64,000 nucleotides of DNA from Tubiluchus corallicola (GCA_030141605.1 JAQGDQ010000746.1:38796-102795); one strand, 5' to 3'. Numbered from the stretch's first letter, positions 1 to 12,878 are shown. Numbers and translations: made by a program. Notes: a model not told the origin generated them from the letters alone.

Positions 1-503
1 ACACTAATGAAATTCCAGAAAAACACGACGTTAAGTGAAACGTTGTTAAACGAAACCAAGATTTCCATAGAAAGTAATGTAAAATAATTGAGATACGTTC
101 CAGAGGCAAAAATTAATGCTGGTTTAATCATATAAAATTTTTTTTTATACATTGACTGTTTCATAATCTACAAGCCATAATATAAAATGCTGTAAATATC
201 AGAAGCAAACAATAATCAGGGTTATTTGCCCACAAATATTTGCAATAAACAACAAATCTCAATAACAATAACGTATTAACCCCATTATTTATGTTTTATT
301 TTTCTTCTGGTTTGACTTTTTTCTAGTTTGTTTTATGTTTTAATCAGTTAGTTAAATGCTTTACATATTTTGTTAATCCTTATTTCGTATTGTTCATTTT
401 ATTTTAATGCTTCTTTGTTGCATAGATTATTTAGTTATTTCACTTTCTAGTTCAACTGATTCCCCCATAAATAGTCTGTTTGTATTCTGGTGTAAATGAG
501 GAG

Positions 504-881
504 TGGGGGTGAGCATCGAACGCTCGAATTCGATTCGAACGAGTTTTTTTAGTTCGAACTTGATTCGAATCTAAAACTATAGATTCGAATAATTCAGCAC
601 TTCAATCATACATGTTGCTGATCACTATAAAACGATTGAAACATCATGCAATTAGCATAATTTAGCTGTGATTTCTGTGCACAATTTTAAACAAATTACT
701 AGTCGTTTTATTGCAGAACAAAATCTAGTGATATGCATGATCTTTGTAAGACTAATTTTTACTGGTGGTTCGAAAACTTGTTCGAAAATCTTCCAATCTC
801 AATTCGAATTCGGTTCGAATTCGAAACACTGAAGTTCGGTTCGATTCGATTTTGCTTTCTGGTAGAGAATGCTCACCCCTA
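504..881. mobile_element. hAT-type MITE, family A copy 1
   Basis: TIR T(A/G)GGGGTGAGCAT...ATGCTCACCCCTA, 8-bp TSD ATGAGGAG, subterminal TTCGAA repeats. Confidence 0.92.
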
Positions 882-938
882 ATGAGGAGATAAATATAAA
901 TGTCTATGTATATGGCAAAAAATACAAAGCAGCTCTAC

Positions 939-1072
939 CTGTTTGGTTTTTGTCTAGAAGGTGACATAATGGTTATGTTCCTGTCTCTGCTATGCCGTTT
1001 CCGTGTCGCGTTAACACTGACCCTGGTTCTGTCATAATCCAGCACACGACAGAGTTCACTGACGGTTGGTAA
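939..1072 (-). CDS. CCNF: Cyclin F exon 10 (start of C-terminal tail; gene continues left of window)
   Basis: tttgcag|LPTVSELCRVLDYDRTRVSVNATRKRHSRDRNITIMSPSRQKPN|GTAGAG; open and in phase with exon 9. Confidence 0.8.
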
Positions 1073-1111
1073 CTGCAAAATTAAAACTCTTTGCTAAATA
1101 AACCGTTGCCG

Positions 1112-1727
1112 TTCTTCTGCCTTCAACACTGACAAACTTGTGTAATTCTATGTTCTGCCTTCAACACTGACAAACTTGTGTAATTCTATGTTCTGCCTTC
1201 AACACTGACAAACTTGTGTAATTCTATGTTCTACCTTCAACACTGACAAACTTGTGTAATTCTATGTTCTGCCTTCAACACTGACAAACTTGTGTAATTC
1301 TATGTTCTGCCTTCAACACTGACAAACTTGTGTAATTCTATGTTCTACCTTCAACACTGACAAACTTGTGTAATTCTATGTTCTACCTTCAACACTGACA
1401 AACTTGTGTAATTCTATGTTCTACCTTCAACACTGACAAACTTGTGTAATTCTATGTTCTACCTTCAACACTGACAAACTTGTGTAATTCTATGTTCTAC
1501 CTTCAACACTGACAAACTTGCGTAATTCTATGTTCTACCTTCAACACTGACAAACTTGTGTAATTCTATGTTCTACCTTCAACACTGACAAACTTGCGTA
1601 ATTCTATGTTCTACCTTCAACACTGACAAAACTCGTGTAATTCTATGTTCTACCTTCAACACTGACAAAACTCGTGTAATTCTACGTTCTACCTTCAACA
1701 CTGACAAACTTGTGCAATTCTATGTTA
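1112..1727. repeat. 38-bp minisatellite, ~16 copies
   Basis: Unit TTCTACCTTCAACACTGACAAACTTGTGTAATTCTATG. Confidence 0.95.
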
Positions 1728-2677
1728 AATGTAATCCGCACACCTTATAAAACCATTATTTAGTCACCTTTTTATTGTTCAAAACATGCTTTTGTTTACA
1801 TATAACTTAAATAATTAGATACTGGAGAGTAAATTAACAGTTTAACTCTCTAAAATCAGGTAAACAGATTAAATCACAAACCTACTTAGCAGCTACTTAG
1901 CTGATAATGTATAAAAATTAATGATTTAAGTGTAATTGATATATTACACAAATGTGCTTCTTTAAATTTGTATACTTTACGAGACATAGGCTGGGAAAGT
2001 ATGTACACTGCAACAGATAATGCATAAGAGAGATTTCAGTAATTAGCTATAAACACACAATCCGCAAGTAAATATGAGAGGCGAGTATGAAATGTGTGCT
2101 TGCAAACTAAAACTGTCCATAAGTCGGCATAGTTAAAACTACGTTATGATGCTTCAAAGTAGAAAAATCCAAAAATTTGGAAAATATATTGGACTTTTAT
2201 ATTCTATCATCAAATTATCAAGAAAGTCAAGACCAGACCTTCGTCAGGAAGAGCCATCTACTGGATTTAAATATAACTTCAATGTGCTCTTGCTTTGTAG
2301 CAACCAACATTTGTACGGTTGCTAAGTGTTTTGTAGAGACACGTCAAAAAACAATGGCTGACGTTAACAGCGATTTTCTCAAGGTTATGTTTTTCAGTGC
2401 ACAGCCTGCAACTCAACTTTAACATGGATTATCTCAGCTTAGAAATAACATATAGTGATGAGCTTGATATCAACATGATCCTCATGAAATGGAGATTCAG
2501 GATGTGAATGAATAACTGGAAAAACCTAATTGCCAATTTACAGTGATTTTCCTAAGCAAACACACAAATCAGTATCGAGCAAAAAAACACTCTAACTAGA
2601 TATAGAAAATTATTTACTTTCATAGCAAAAACCAAAGCATAATGTATTAAACTAATCTTAACAACTTACAAACTTAC

Positions 2678-3167
2678 CGGAATTCGACTAACTCCCATGA
2701 AATTCTGATCAGCATACCGCTCTTGTAAAAACCTCAGGGAAACATCCCTACTGTCAACAACAGGACGCAGTAAAATGCACCGCTGTATGTGCAACACGCA
2801 AGAAGCCAAGTTTTGCATTGTCAAACCGGTGAAGTCCGTCATACTGGAGGGCCAGACAGGCTGCAAATTCAGCATTACTCGACACAGAAGAATCGAGCTA
2901 CCGGCAAGCTGTGCGTAGGTGTACATGCCGAGTTCAGACTGCAGCAGAGTGAAATCACACAGGTAGTTGGAGAGATGCCTAGCTTTCAGGCCAGAAGCAA
3001 CAATGATGTGAAACAATGAGAGGTAATCCAAAGCGGTCAAACTGACTATGTTGCCCATGGCAACAGAAGCTATTTCTGCAATCATATGAACGACATCATC
3101 ATATTTATACGTATTATCAGTCAGCCATGCCGCCTCACGTATAGTAACTATGTCCTTACTCAGAAAC
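2678..3167 (-). CDS. CCNF: Cyclin F exon 9 (end of cyclin N domain and cyclin C domain)
   Basis: FLSKDIVTIREAAWLTDNTYKYDDVVHM is near-identical to cyclin F FISKEILTIREAVWLTDNTYKYEDLVRM; ttttag| ... |GTAAGT. Confidence 0.96.
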
Positions 3168-4095
3168 CTAAAAGAATAAAAGAGAAAATTACTTGCATTT
3201 ATACACATCACTATAAACTAAAAGTTGACACAAAACGAAAGTGAGAGTTCATTTGCTACTAAATGCTAATTACATTAATTAAAAATAATTAAAAGCTAAT
3301 GTATAAAGATTAATGTATGAAAACCAGCAGCCCTATCTTCCTATTAACAGAAATAACCAATTAAATTAATACTGAGTTTTCTGACACCAAATTTAACACC
3401 GTTAACACTTTTTGACATCCAACACAATCCTTTTACAGAAATCTTTTCGGAAATCAAAAATTTTACTGGGTGGCATTTAAATCTATACAGCTGACTGATT
3501 AAATCATCAATAGGCTTAGCTATGATACCATACATACATACAGGCATAACGCGTATTAAAAATATCAACTGAGCTGCAGCAGAAAAATCGTATCACGAGG
3601 TTTTTTCAAATTGAATTCAAATTGCTGGGACTTTGGGAAATCTCCGTGTAAAACGGGATTTCATAGTAACGAGTTTCGTATCAACAATAAGTGATTAGAT
3701 AGATTTTATGATAACCGTGGCAGGAACATAATAAAATCATCTTGCTACTAAGAGCTTTGTTATACTTTATAAACAGAATTGTATTACCTGGCTTCTACTG
3801 TACTGTATAAATATGTTTACAAAAAATTGCATTAACCCTTTCATTACGGAAGGCGGCACACTGCCGCCAATGTTTTTCATGCAAGGGACAGAAGGCTGTA
3901 GACTACCGTCCAAGCTCAGTACTAAGCGCAGTCACCCAGGTCTGTTTATTTCACTGCTATGTAAGAACATTGTAGAAACATTTAACAGCCGTGAGATTGG
4001 GGGGTTGCTTAGCAACAAGTAACGCTAACCAGCCAATCAGTGTCTGAAGCCAGGTGCATCTACAGATTTTCCAATTCTTGTCTTTCACTATTTCT

Positions 4096-4739
4096 GTACA
4101 ACGAAGAGCAAGTCGTAACTAACGTCACACTCAACGTACAACGAAGAGCAAGTCGTAACTAACGTCACACTCAACGTACAACGAAGAGTAAGTCGTAACT
4201 AACGTCACACTCAACGTACAACGAAGAGCAAGTCGTAACTAACATCACACTCAACGTACAACGAAGAGCAAGTCGTAACTAACGTCACACTCAACATACA
4301 ACGAAGAGCAAGTCGTAACTAACGTCACACTCAACGTACAACAAAGAGCAAGTCGTAACTAACGTCACACTCAACGTACAACGAAGAGCAAGTCGTAACT
4401 AACGTCACACTCAGCGTACAACAAAGAGCAAGTCGTAACTAACGTCACACTCAACGTACAACAAAGAGTAAGTCGTGACTAACGTCACACTCAACGTACA
4501 ACGAAGAGAAAGTCGTAACTAACGTCACACTCAGCGTACAACAAAGAGCAAGTCGTAACTAACGTCACACTCAGCGTACAACAAAGAGCAAGTCGTAACT
4601 AACGTCACACTCAACGTACAACAAAGAGCAAGTCGTAACTAACGTCACACTCAACGTACAACAAAGAGCAAGTCGTAACTAACGTCACACTCAACGTACA
4701 ACAAAGAGCAAGTCGTAACTAACGTCACACTCAACGTAC
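4096..4739. repeat. 40-bp minisatellite, ~16 copies, beginning at the CCNF exon 8 donor
   Basis: Unit GTACAACAAAGAGCAAGTCGTAACTAACGTCACACTCAAC. Confidence 0.95.
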
Positions 4740-4904
4740 CTTGAAACAAGAACCAGAGCCGATATTCCTACAAGCTGCAGATTGGCTTTGCTACAACAAG
4801 CGTTTCTTAAATACAAATCCGTGAGTCTTACTGTCAAGTGCAGCACCTGCTGACTGAAGTTTTTCATTGTCACGACTTCCATCAGCCAGTCTATTAAAAT
4901 ATAC
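4740..4904 (-). CDS. CCNF: Cyclin F exon 8 (cyclin box, MRYILIDWL patch)
   Basis: YILIDWLMEVVTMKNFSQQVLHLTVRLTDLYL...LQLVGISALVLVSR; ttttag| ... |GTACGT. Confidence 0.95.
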
Positions 4905-5109
4905 CTAAAAGGAAAAAGAACTAGTTTTTCTACAGTGAGTGAAGCACGACATTGGCAATTGACACATTTGACTAAAATTTACAATTCATTTTGTAATTCA
5001 TTCAAATGGTTAACTTATACTAAATTTCCCACAGGAGATATTTAAGCAGAAACTAATATCATTAAATCTTGTACAGAAGAAAAGTATCTAGCTCATCTTT
5101 TAAGAACAG

Positions 5110-5885
5110 ATAAAACAGACAATACGCATATTGACCGTCAGCGTGATTTGTTCTACGTACGATCGTGCTTCCTGTATACGTGGGTATGAGAAACAGGAGT
5201 TGGTACTTAGAGGGGGGGACAGTATCCCAGACAAGTTTAACATGTCTGATGGTGTGAGGCAAGGCAGCTGCTTGTCTTCTAAACTATTTAATACTGAGTT
5301 GCATATTAACAGAATCAAAAACTGATTCGCTTTTACATTTATTATTTTCTGTTATATAATCATATACACATTTTTTCTTGCTGAGAATTTTGTAAACAAC
5401 TGTACATAATTAACATTTTATTTAATTCATAACTAATTATTGTGATACTTATTCATCATCTTCATTTATTATTATTCCTTTTTTCACTTATGCTTGTTTT
5501 TATATCTTTGCTTTTGTTATTATGTTATGTCTATATGTCTATCTGCAGCATAACCGTTAATTTTTAATATACTAATCTATTTATAAGAAAGGGCAGGAGA
5601 CTAGATGACCCTATGGTCCTTCCCTGCCCTGCTCCATGACTATAATTACTTAATATTTTAAAAAATTTGATGTTAAACTAATTGGAGAAAATAAATGTTC
5701 TATTATTTTATTGGAAATCCATATTCTAATCAACTTATGTACGCTGATGACACCTGTCTGATTGCTTCTACTATAACGAGTCTTCAGTATTTATTAAATT
5801 TGTACATGAATTATGCAGTACAATATGATATTAAAGTGACCTATACAAAAACAAAACTTTTAACCTTCGTACGGAAACTGTCTAA
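5110..5885 (+). mobile_element. Degenerate LINE RT fragment interrupted by another LINE 3' end (~5325-5710)
   Basis: GVRQGSCLSSKLF (5131 ORF) and LMYADDTCLIAS (5695 ORF) are consecutive RT motifs separated by ~390 bp of AT-rich insert ending in AATAAA. Confidence 0.75.
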
Positions 5886-5983
5886 TGGGTACTGGATTCA
5901 GTCTACTACAAAATCAACGCGCACTGCAAATGATTTAGTTAGCTAGTTTATTAATAAAATAAAATAAATTAATAATATCGTAC

Positions 5984-6213
5984 CTCATCATGCTGTTTAG
6001 CTTTCTATTCCTGAAGAAAATGACGTCACAAGCGCTGCGCTTTGACACAGAAACAAAATGGCGTACGTAGAATTGTGCTTGGTCCACGGGAATGCCGCCA
6101 TATTTACCCAACACGTAGGCTTCGCACAACGCCAACTTGGCTTCGTAACAGTGAGTGTCGCTTAGATCACGCAACTTGCGTAAACTGTCCAGGTGGGCTG
6201 CCCGATCACCTAA
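5984..6213 (-). CDS. CCNF: Cyclin F exon 7
   Basis: LDSLRKLRDLSDTHCYEAKLALC...LNSMMR (cf. LHSFRKLRDYAAKGCWEAQLSLA...LNDTMR); gtgcag| ... |GTACGA. Confidence 0.92.
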
Positions 6214-6547
6214 CTGCACAACCAAAAAAAAATGTTGGAACGTTCTAATATGTTTTTTATACATTTCTTCTGCACAACAAGTTTTCCATTACTGTTAAGA
6301 TGCAAGAAACTGATTATTACTGAATTAACAAGTTGGTGAGCGAGTTGCATGGCCAGAATTTCGAAGCGACCCCAGCCCGCCCCCCGAAAAGATTCGCGCA
6401 GGTGCTCTTAACCACGAATATGGTTAGATACATGCAGATTTTACATTAATGTTAAACAAATAAAGAAATACTGGCACTAATCTCACTTTTTCGCTTTTTG
6501 CCTCATGTTAGAACATACGCTGATATATTGCGCTTGCAAGCTTACTT

Positions 6548-6933
6548 AGTTACTTCACAAGTATGTTTGGTGCACTGGGTCGTTCATTCAGACTTGCAAG
6601 TAAAACTGTAGTGTTCTACGCTCGTTGCCAAGCCAACAAGAATGCAAACCCAGGCAGACGGTGTAAAGTTTGGATAAGTTACTTCACAAGTATGTTTGGT
6701 GCACTGCGCCGTTCATTCAGACTTGCACGGAAAATTGTAGGCCTCAACGCTCGTTGCCAAGCCAACAAGAATGCAAAACCCAGGTAGACGGTGTAAAGTT
6801 TGGATAAGTTACTTCACAAGTGTGTTTGGTGCACTGGGCCGTTCATTCAGACTTGCACGTAAAATTGTAGGCCTCTATGCTCGTTGCCAAGCCAACAAGA
6901 ATGCAAAACCCAGGTAGACGGTGTAAAATTTGG
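6548..6933. repeat. ~130-bp tandem repeat, 3 copies
   Basis: AGTTACTTCACAAGT recurs at ~6548, ~6677 and ~6807. Confidence 0.9.
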
Positions 6934-7410
6934 AAAAGAACGATTTGTCAAGTTATCAGCAAAAGTTTTTTATGTTTCCATATAAATTTAGAGCAATTCT
7001 TGTTTCAAATGCTGGTTGTATATTTCTTGTCGAAGGAAATGATGACTGTGGTTTACTGACAAAGAGAAGAATCAACCAAATTCTAATTGTTTTGAAGATT
7101 GAATCAGAAAATTTTAGATCTCATTTTGAACAAGATGTTAGTACTGATAGTGATTAATTCTTATAATAAATCACTTTAATTGAAATTCAATCTTCACTAT
7201 TCGCAATAGTTATAATTCATTGTACTTGAACTATGTAATTTACACTTTGATTTTACGGATTTTCGTAAAAAGTTGCGGCGAGAATCTGTTTAGGTTCTGG
7301 CAAAATATAACAAAATTCTTGCCCTCTGAGTTGGTGAAGTTACTTGGAATAACTTAGTCATTTACCTCGTCAAAATTTTGTGAAAGACAACCTGTACTTT
7401 ATCTGCATAC

Positions 7411-7563
7411 CGTTTTCAAATGCTGATCTTTCCACAGTGCAAAGGATGCCCACGGTGATCCGACGTCAGCTGCTTGTTCAAACGCTGTACGTGTACCTGA
7501 TATGTCGTCATGTTCCACCATATCTTGCACAGTTGCTAAGCAGGTAAGCATCTTTGCCGATTC
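7411..7563 (-). CDS. CCNF: Cyclin F exon 6
   Basis: ESAKMLTCLATVQDMVEHDDISGTRTAFEQAADVGSPWASFALWKD (cf. LFEEAAHQGCLTSSYLLWE); ttcgtag| ... |GTATGC, phase 0/0. Confidence 0.88.
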
Positions 7564-7611
7564 CTACGAAAAGTAACCATCAATGAGGTTTCATCACATG
7601 AAAATATGCGG

Positions 7612-7972
7612 CCTGTAGAAAAAACGCTCTAGCGACGCTTAGTGTGACTCTTGGAAGGAAATACATGGCTCTTTAGAAAGAGGAAGAACAGGGCTACACG
7701 ATGATGTGGGCTACATGTTAGGACACGTCCACCAAGAGGAGTGACGACGAGTTAATGAGATGTTCTATTAACGGCAATTTTCGCTTGGAAAACTGCTGAC
7801 GCAAAGCCATTGTTCTGATGTCATCCATTATACTCTGTCTATGACCTTATAACTTTAATTCAGTAAAAACTGCTGGTCGCTTTGCGTTATAAATGAGGAC
7901 TATGTAGGATGTTCGCGTATTATTGATTATAAGATTACTTATACGCAAATTTTTTTGCCGGGCCTTTGCTAG
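7612..7972 (+). mobile_element. Helitron-like element, partial copy
   Basis: Reverse complement of 19513-19855; ends GCCGGGCCTTTGCTAG|T. Confidence 0.7.
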
Positions 7973-8066
7973 TACACACATTAAAAGTGGTATCTTATAT
8001 AACAAAACATTCTTTTAAAATACATTCTGGGAAAGAAATAAGTTTTCAAAATCATTGCACACATAC

Positions 8067-8263
8067 CCGATCAATCCTAGTCACATTTTTGAGGTAGTTA
8101 AATGCAACAAATTTATTGCAGTTGTCCGAGAATGCGCTCCACGGAGGCCTCAGAAACACCCATGTGAAGGGAGCAACGCACGGTGTGAGCGTCTCGGCCC
8201 TGGCAAATGCCCTAGCGGCGTGAACCGCAGCTTGGGAGCCGAGAGAGTCGTTGAAAGTCGGCC
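8067..8263 (-). CDS. CCNF: Cyclin F exon 5
   Basis: APFTWVFLRPPWS matches the cyclin F signature APFIWLFIRPPWS; ctttag| ... |GTATGT. Confidence 0.93.
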
Positions 8264-8428
8264 CTAAAGCAGAAACAATCTCATTAATTAAACGCAAATA
8301 AGACCACGTTTTCACAACTGTAAAAGCAGCCTAGCTAATTCTACACGACGACCATCAGGACAGCAAACGATCAGTAAAGCAAAAGAAAACCCTCTTGATA
8401 CATAAAGCTTAAAAATTCATCTTGAAAT

Positions 8429-10104
8429 CAACCCAACATACTGAGTGGCCTGATCTTTCCTTTACCACACCACAAACAGTTTAAGAGATAAGAGCAAAAT
8501 AAACCCAACATACTGAGTGACTTGTTCTTTCTTTACCACACCACAAACAGTTTAAGAGATAAGAGCAAAATAAACCCAACATACTGAGTGGCCTGATCTT
8601 TCCTTTAGCACACCACAAACAGTTTAAGTGATAAGAGCAAAATAAACCCAACATACTGAGTCACTTGTCTTTCCTTTACCACACCACAAACAGTTTAAGA
8701 GATAAGAGCAAAATAAACCCAACATACTAAGTGGCCTGATCTTTCCTTTAGCACACCACAAACAGTTTAACTGATAAGAGCAAAATAAACCCAACACGCT
8801 GAGTGGCTTGTTCTTTCCTTTAGCACACCACAAACAGTTTAAGAGATAAGAGCAAAATAAACCCAACATACTGAGTGACTTGTTCTTTCCTTTACCACAC
8901 CACAAACAGTTTAAGAGATAAGAGCAAAATAAACCCAACATACTGAGTGACTTGTTCTTTCCTTTACCACACCACAAACAGTTTAAGTGATAAGAGCAAA
9001 ATAAACCCAACATACTGAGTGACATGTTCTTTCCTTTACCACACCACAAACAGTTTAAGAGATAAGAGCAAAATAAATCCAACATACTAAGTGGCCTGAT
9101 CTTTCCTTTAGCACACCACAAACAGTTTAAGTGATAAGAGCAAAATAAACCCAACATACTGAGTGGCCCTGATCTTTCCTTTACCACACCACAAACAGTT
9201 TAAGAGATAAGAGCAAAATAAACCCAACATACTGAGTGACTTGTTCTTTCCTTTACCACACCACAAACAGTTTAAGAGATAAGAGCAAAATAAACCCAAC
9301 ATACTGAGTGGCCTGATCTTTCCTTTAGCACAGTACAAACAGTTTAAGAGATAAGAGCAAAATAAACCCAACATACTGAGTGGCCTGATCTTTCCTTTAG
9401 CACACCACAAACAGTTTAAGAGATAAGAGCAAAATAAACAACATACTGAGTGACTTGTTCTTTCCTTTAGCACACCACAAACAGTTTAAGTGATAAGAGC
9501 AAAATAAACCCAACATACTGAGTAGCCTGATCTTTCCTTTACCACACCACAAACAGTTTAAGTGATAAGAGCAAAATAAACCCAACATACTGAGTGACTT
9601 GTTCTTTCCTTTACCACACCACAAACAGTTTAAGAGATAAGAGCAAAATAAACCCAACATACTGAGTGACTTGTTCTTTCCTTTGCCACACCACAAACAG
9701 TTTAAGAGATAAGAGCAAAATAAACCCAACATACTGAGTGGCCTGATCTTTCCTTTACCACACCACAAACAGTTTAAGAGATAAGAGCAAAATAAACCCA
9801 ACATACTGCGTGATTTGTTCTTTCCTTTACCACACCACAAACAGTTTAAGTGATAAGAGCAAAATAAACCCAACATACTGAGTGACTTGTTCTTTCCTTT
9901 ACCACACCACAAACAGTTTAAGAGATAAGAGCAAAATAAACCCAACATACTGAGTCACTTGTCTTTCCTTTACCACACCACAAACAGTTTAAGAGATAAG
10001 AGCAAAATAAACCCAACATACTGAGTGACTTGTTCTTTCCTTTACCACACCACAAACAGTTTAAGAGATAAGAGCAAAATAAACCGAACATACTGAGTGG
10101 CCTG
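8429..10104. repeat. 72-bp minisatellite array 1, ~23 copies
   Basis: Unit AACCCAACATACTGAGTG...CTTTCCTTTACCACACCACAAACAGTTTAAGAGATAAGAGCAAAATA. Confidence 0.95.
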
Positions 10105-10538
10105 GTCGAAAACTATGTACTCCCTCTTCCAAAAACAAATATAATGAAACAGTCATCTAAATATAATGCTATTAAAATATGGTCATCAATTCCGCGTGAA
10201 ATGAAAACTCTTAATCTTTATCAATTTAAAAAAGCACCAAAGAATTACCTACTACAACGGTATAATTAACTCACAATTTTACTCATCCTGATCTTAAGTT
10301 ACTAACAAAACTTAAGATCTGTTCTAAACTTAAAACTTTTGTTCTAATGTATGTTATAACTGATGAAAATGTAATGTTAATTGTCAATTGTTTCACTTAT
10401 CTGGAGGAGGACTCGAAAGCTCAATACTCCTTCCTCCTCCTCACAGTAACTCGCATAGTTTATTTTATTTTTTGCAATGTTATATCAATTTATATGTATG
10501 TTTGAGTTGGTGTGGAATAAATTCATAATTCATAATTC
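10105..10538 (+). mobile_element. CR1/L2-like LINE 3' remnant
   Basis: Remnant SKYNAIKIWSSIPREMK...FKK, hairpin GGAGGAGG...CCTCCTCC, AATAAA then (TTCATAA)n tail. Confidence 0.6.
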
Positions 10539-10738
10539 AAGCAAATGAAAACCCTCTTGATACATAAAGCTTAAGAATTCATCTTAAAATCACTTACATG
10601 CTGCCTTATCATATGCAAGGTTGAGTTAGCAGCAACACTGTATGAAACTAGTAAATTTAAACACTCGTGCAGCCATTTTACCAGTAAATTGAATTGAAAC
10701 AAGTTTAGACAACATTGCGTAAAGTTTGAAAGCAAAAA
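10539..10738 (-). mobile_element. Kolobok-like MITE terminal fragment (first ~55 bp also at 8377-8430)
   Basis: GAAAACCCTCTTGATACATAAAGCTTAA...CACTTACATGCTGCC matches 47177 onward. Confidence 0.7.
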
Positions 10739-10807
10739 TTCAAATTACTTTAAATCGTGAATAAGATGAATAATCTGCTTTTTGGTGAATTAATGGAACA
10801 AACTGGA

Positions 10808-11056
10808 ATGGCGATGCAGTGCACACTTTGATGGCGATGCAGTGCACGCTGGGATGGCGATGATGCAGTGCACGCTGGGATGGCGATGCAGCGCACGCTG
10901 GGATGGCGATGCAGCGCACGCTGGGATGGCGATGCAGCGGACGCTGGGATGGTGATGCAGCGGACGCTGGGATGGCGATGCAGTGCACGCTGGGATGGCG
11001 ATGCAGTGCACGCTGGGATGGCGAATGCAGTGCACGCTGGGATGGCGATGCAGTGC
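10808..11056. repeat. 23-bp GC-rich minisatellite, ~10 copies
   Basis: Unit GATGGCGATGCAGTGCACGCTGG. Confidence 0.92.
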
Positions 11057-11896
11057 CGTTTTACCAGACGATACGAACAAATTAATAAAAATTTGCTTTT
11101 CCAGTTGTCCTTAAAGCAAAACCGGACCCAATCTTAAACTTTAGGTCAAAACAATCTACTCGTTAAAATATTGAAAGGAAACATATTATTTTTTCAAAAA
11201 TGACTTACGTGAAAGAATTATAACCACACAAATACAATTTCGCATTCGCGCCACTAGTTCTTCGTTGTTTCATGCATTTCGTCATTCGCTAGCTAGATGG
11301 GCACCAGTATATGCATTTCGGAAACACATTGCACAAAAGACAGGTGCTCTACCTCTTTCTCAGATCGATCTTTGCATTTACAAACACATGCACCACGCTC
11401 GTGGAATAATTTTGCTGTAGAAAATCACGTTAGTTTGCGATGACATCAATAGTTGGGCTCGCCCGCCGTTAATTAAGTTTTTAATCAATTATTTAATTAT
11501 CAGAAACGCTTTTGCAGTATTAATCGTGTTAAAATGTATAGTTTTTATCGGACTTGAAAACGGGATAGTATATGAAAAATCATCCTGTCTTCTTTTAAGT
11601 AAAGTAAGTCTTTTAAACGGATAACGCTAAGTAATATACTTTTGCTTTTGCATGGAAATTCTTTTTTGGGGGATGTACTTTTACATTCCCTCTTCCTCCC
11701 TCCCTTTGAATGATAATAATATTTGACTAAGTTGAAAGTGTTTCACTTGTAAAAATTTTATGGAATGGATTGTTTGATATTCTGTTGATCATGACAGTTA
11801 AATTATCAGTTTTCCTCACATGCTTATCACAATTATAATTATAGTGAGGAAAAGACAGATTAGCTAATCTCAGCGAGCAGTGATAACAAAAGTTAA

Positions 11897-12529
11897 GGAC
11901 AAGAAAAGTGGTACCTGAAGTAGGTTTCAGAAAAATCACCTTAAAAAATTATTTTACTTTACAGCAAAATTATGCATATATCGTACTCGCATTGAAAGGA
12001 TTTTTTGTTTGTTTTCATTTTAAATCTTCCGCAATACTGTTCCGACCGCATCATTACATGACGTCACCTAAGCACAACGCAAATCAAGGGAAGAAAGGGC
12101 AATGTTAAATTATGTTCGAAAAAACTTTCCATGCAAATCTATATTAATTAGCATTTTGCTTACCTGTTAGAAAGACTTATGTAATTAGAAATAATAATTT
12201 AAAATGTTTGTGCTGATTGGTAAAATGTCGCTAATTTAATCTTATTGACAAGATACAGTAATTTAAAATTTTACTTAGTTAGTGATGTGTGCGCTACGAA
12301 TACTCAGATTGTTTTTTCAAACTTTACTCAGTGCTATGTAAACTTGTCTCAAACGACCTACCATCCAAATAGCTGTGCCTAACGGTCATTGCAAGAGTTT
12401 AAATTTACAAGTTTTATACAGTGTTACTGCCGGTGCAAGACCTGCAAGCAAAAATGCAGTATGCAAGCAGTATAAAAATTTCAAGGCGAACTTTTTAAGC
12501 TTTGTGTATGTGGAGGGTTTTCTTGTGCT
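11897..12529 (+). mobile_element. Kolobok-like TTAA MITE, copy 1
   Basis: TTAA flanks, TIR (A)GGACAAGAAAA / AGCACAAGAAAA, interior shared with the 21386, 47177 and 50836 copies. Confidence 0.8.
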
Positions 12530-12601
12530 TTAAAATTATGAAACAGTGTAATTTATATTATCTGGAAGTAGCAGTAATAAACACAAAAACACTCAGTTCT
12601 T

Positions 12602-12682
12602 AAACACATTAGTAACTCACAATCAGTAACACAAACACATTAGTAACTCACAATCAGTAACACAAACACATTAGTAACTCAC
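12602..12682. repeat. 31-bp repeat, ~2.6 copies, beginning at the CCNF exon 4 donor
   Basis: Minus-strand unit GTGAGTTACTAATGTGTTTGTGTTACTGATT. Confidence 0.9.
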
Positions 12683-12756
12683 AGTCAGATGTGTCATCGT
12701 ACAAGTACGCAACTCCGAGCTTGATAATAGCTTCAAGGTTTCCGTGATCGGCTAAC
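12683..12756 (-). CDS. CCNF: Cyclin F exon 4
   Basis: LADHGNLEAIIKLGVAYLYDD resembles cyclin F AAEKGNFEAAVKLGIAYLYNE; ttcag| ... |GTGAGT. Confidence 0.9.
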
Positions 12757-12878
12757 CTGAATAAAATTTAATAAGAACCAATATAACTCTTTGCCAGGGA
12801 GGACTCAACAATGTGTTTTGCTAGGTTCACAAATAAAGCAGTGATGAGATAACGATTTTTGATGCCACCTTCTAAATA

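Noticed and set aside
3832-3880. piggyBac-like end TTAACCCTTTCATTAC
   Set aside because: No matching second terminus found.
8624-9948. Cys-rich repetitive ORFs (LSMLGLFCSYLLNCLWCGKGKNKS)n, also at 45802-47195, resembling zinc-finger or LRR proteins
   Set aside because: Translation of a 72-bp intronic satellite; frameshifting indels between units, no splice or start context.
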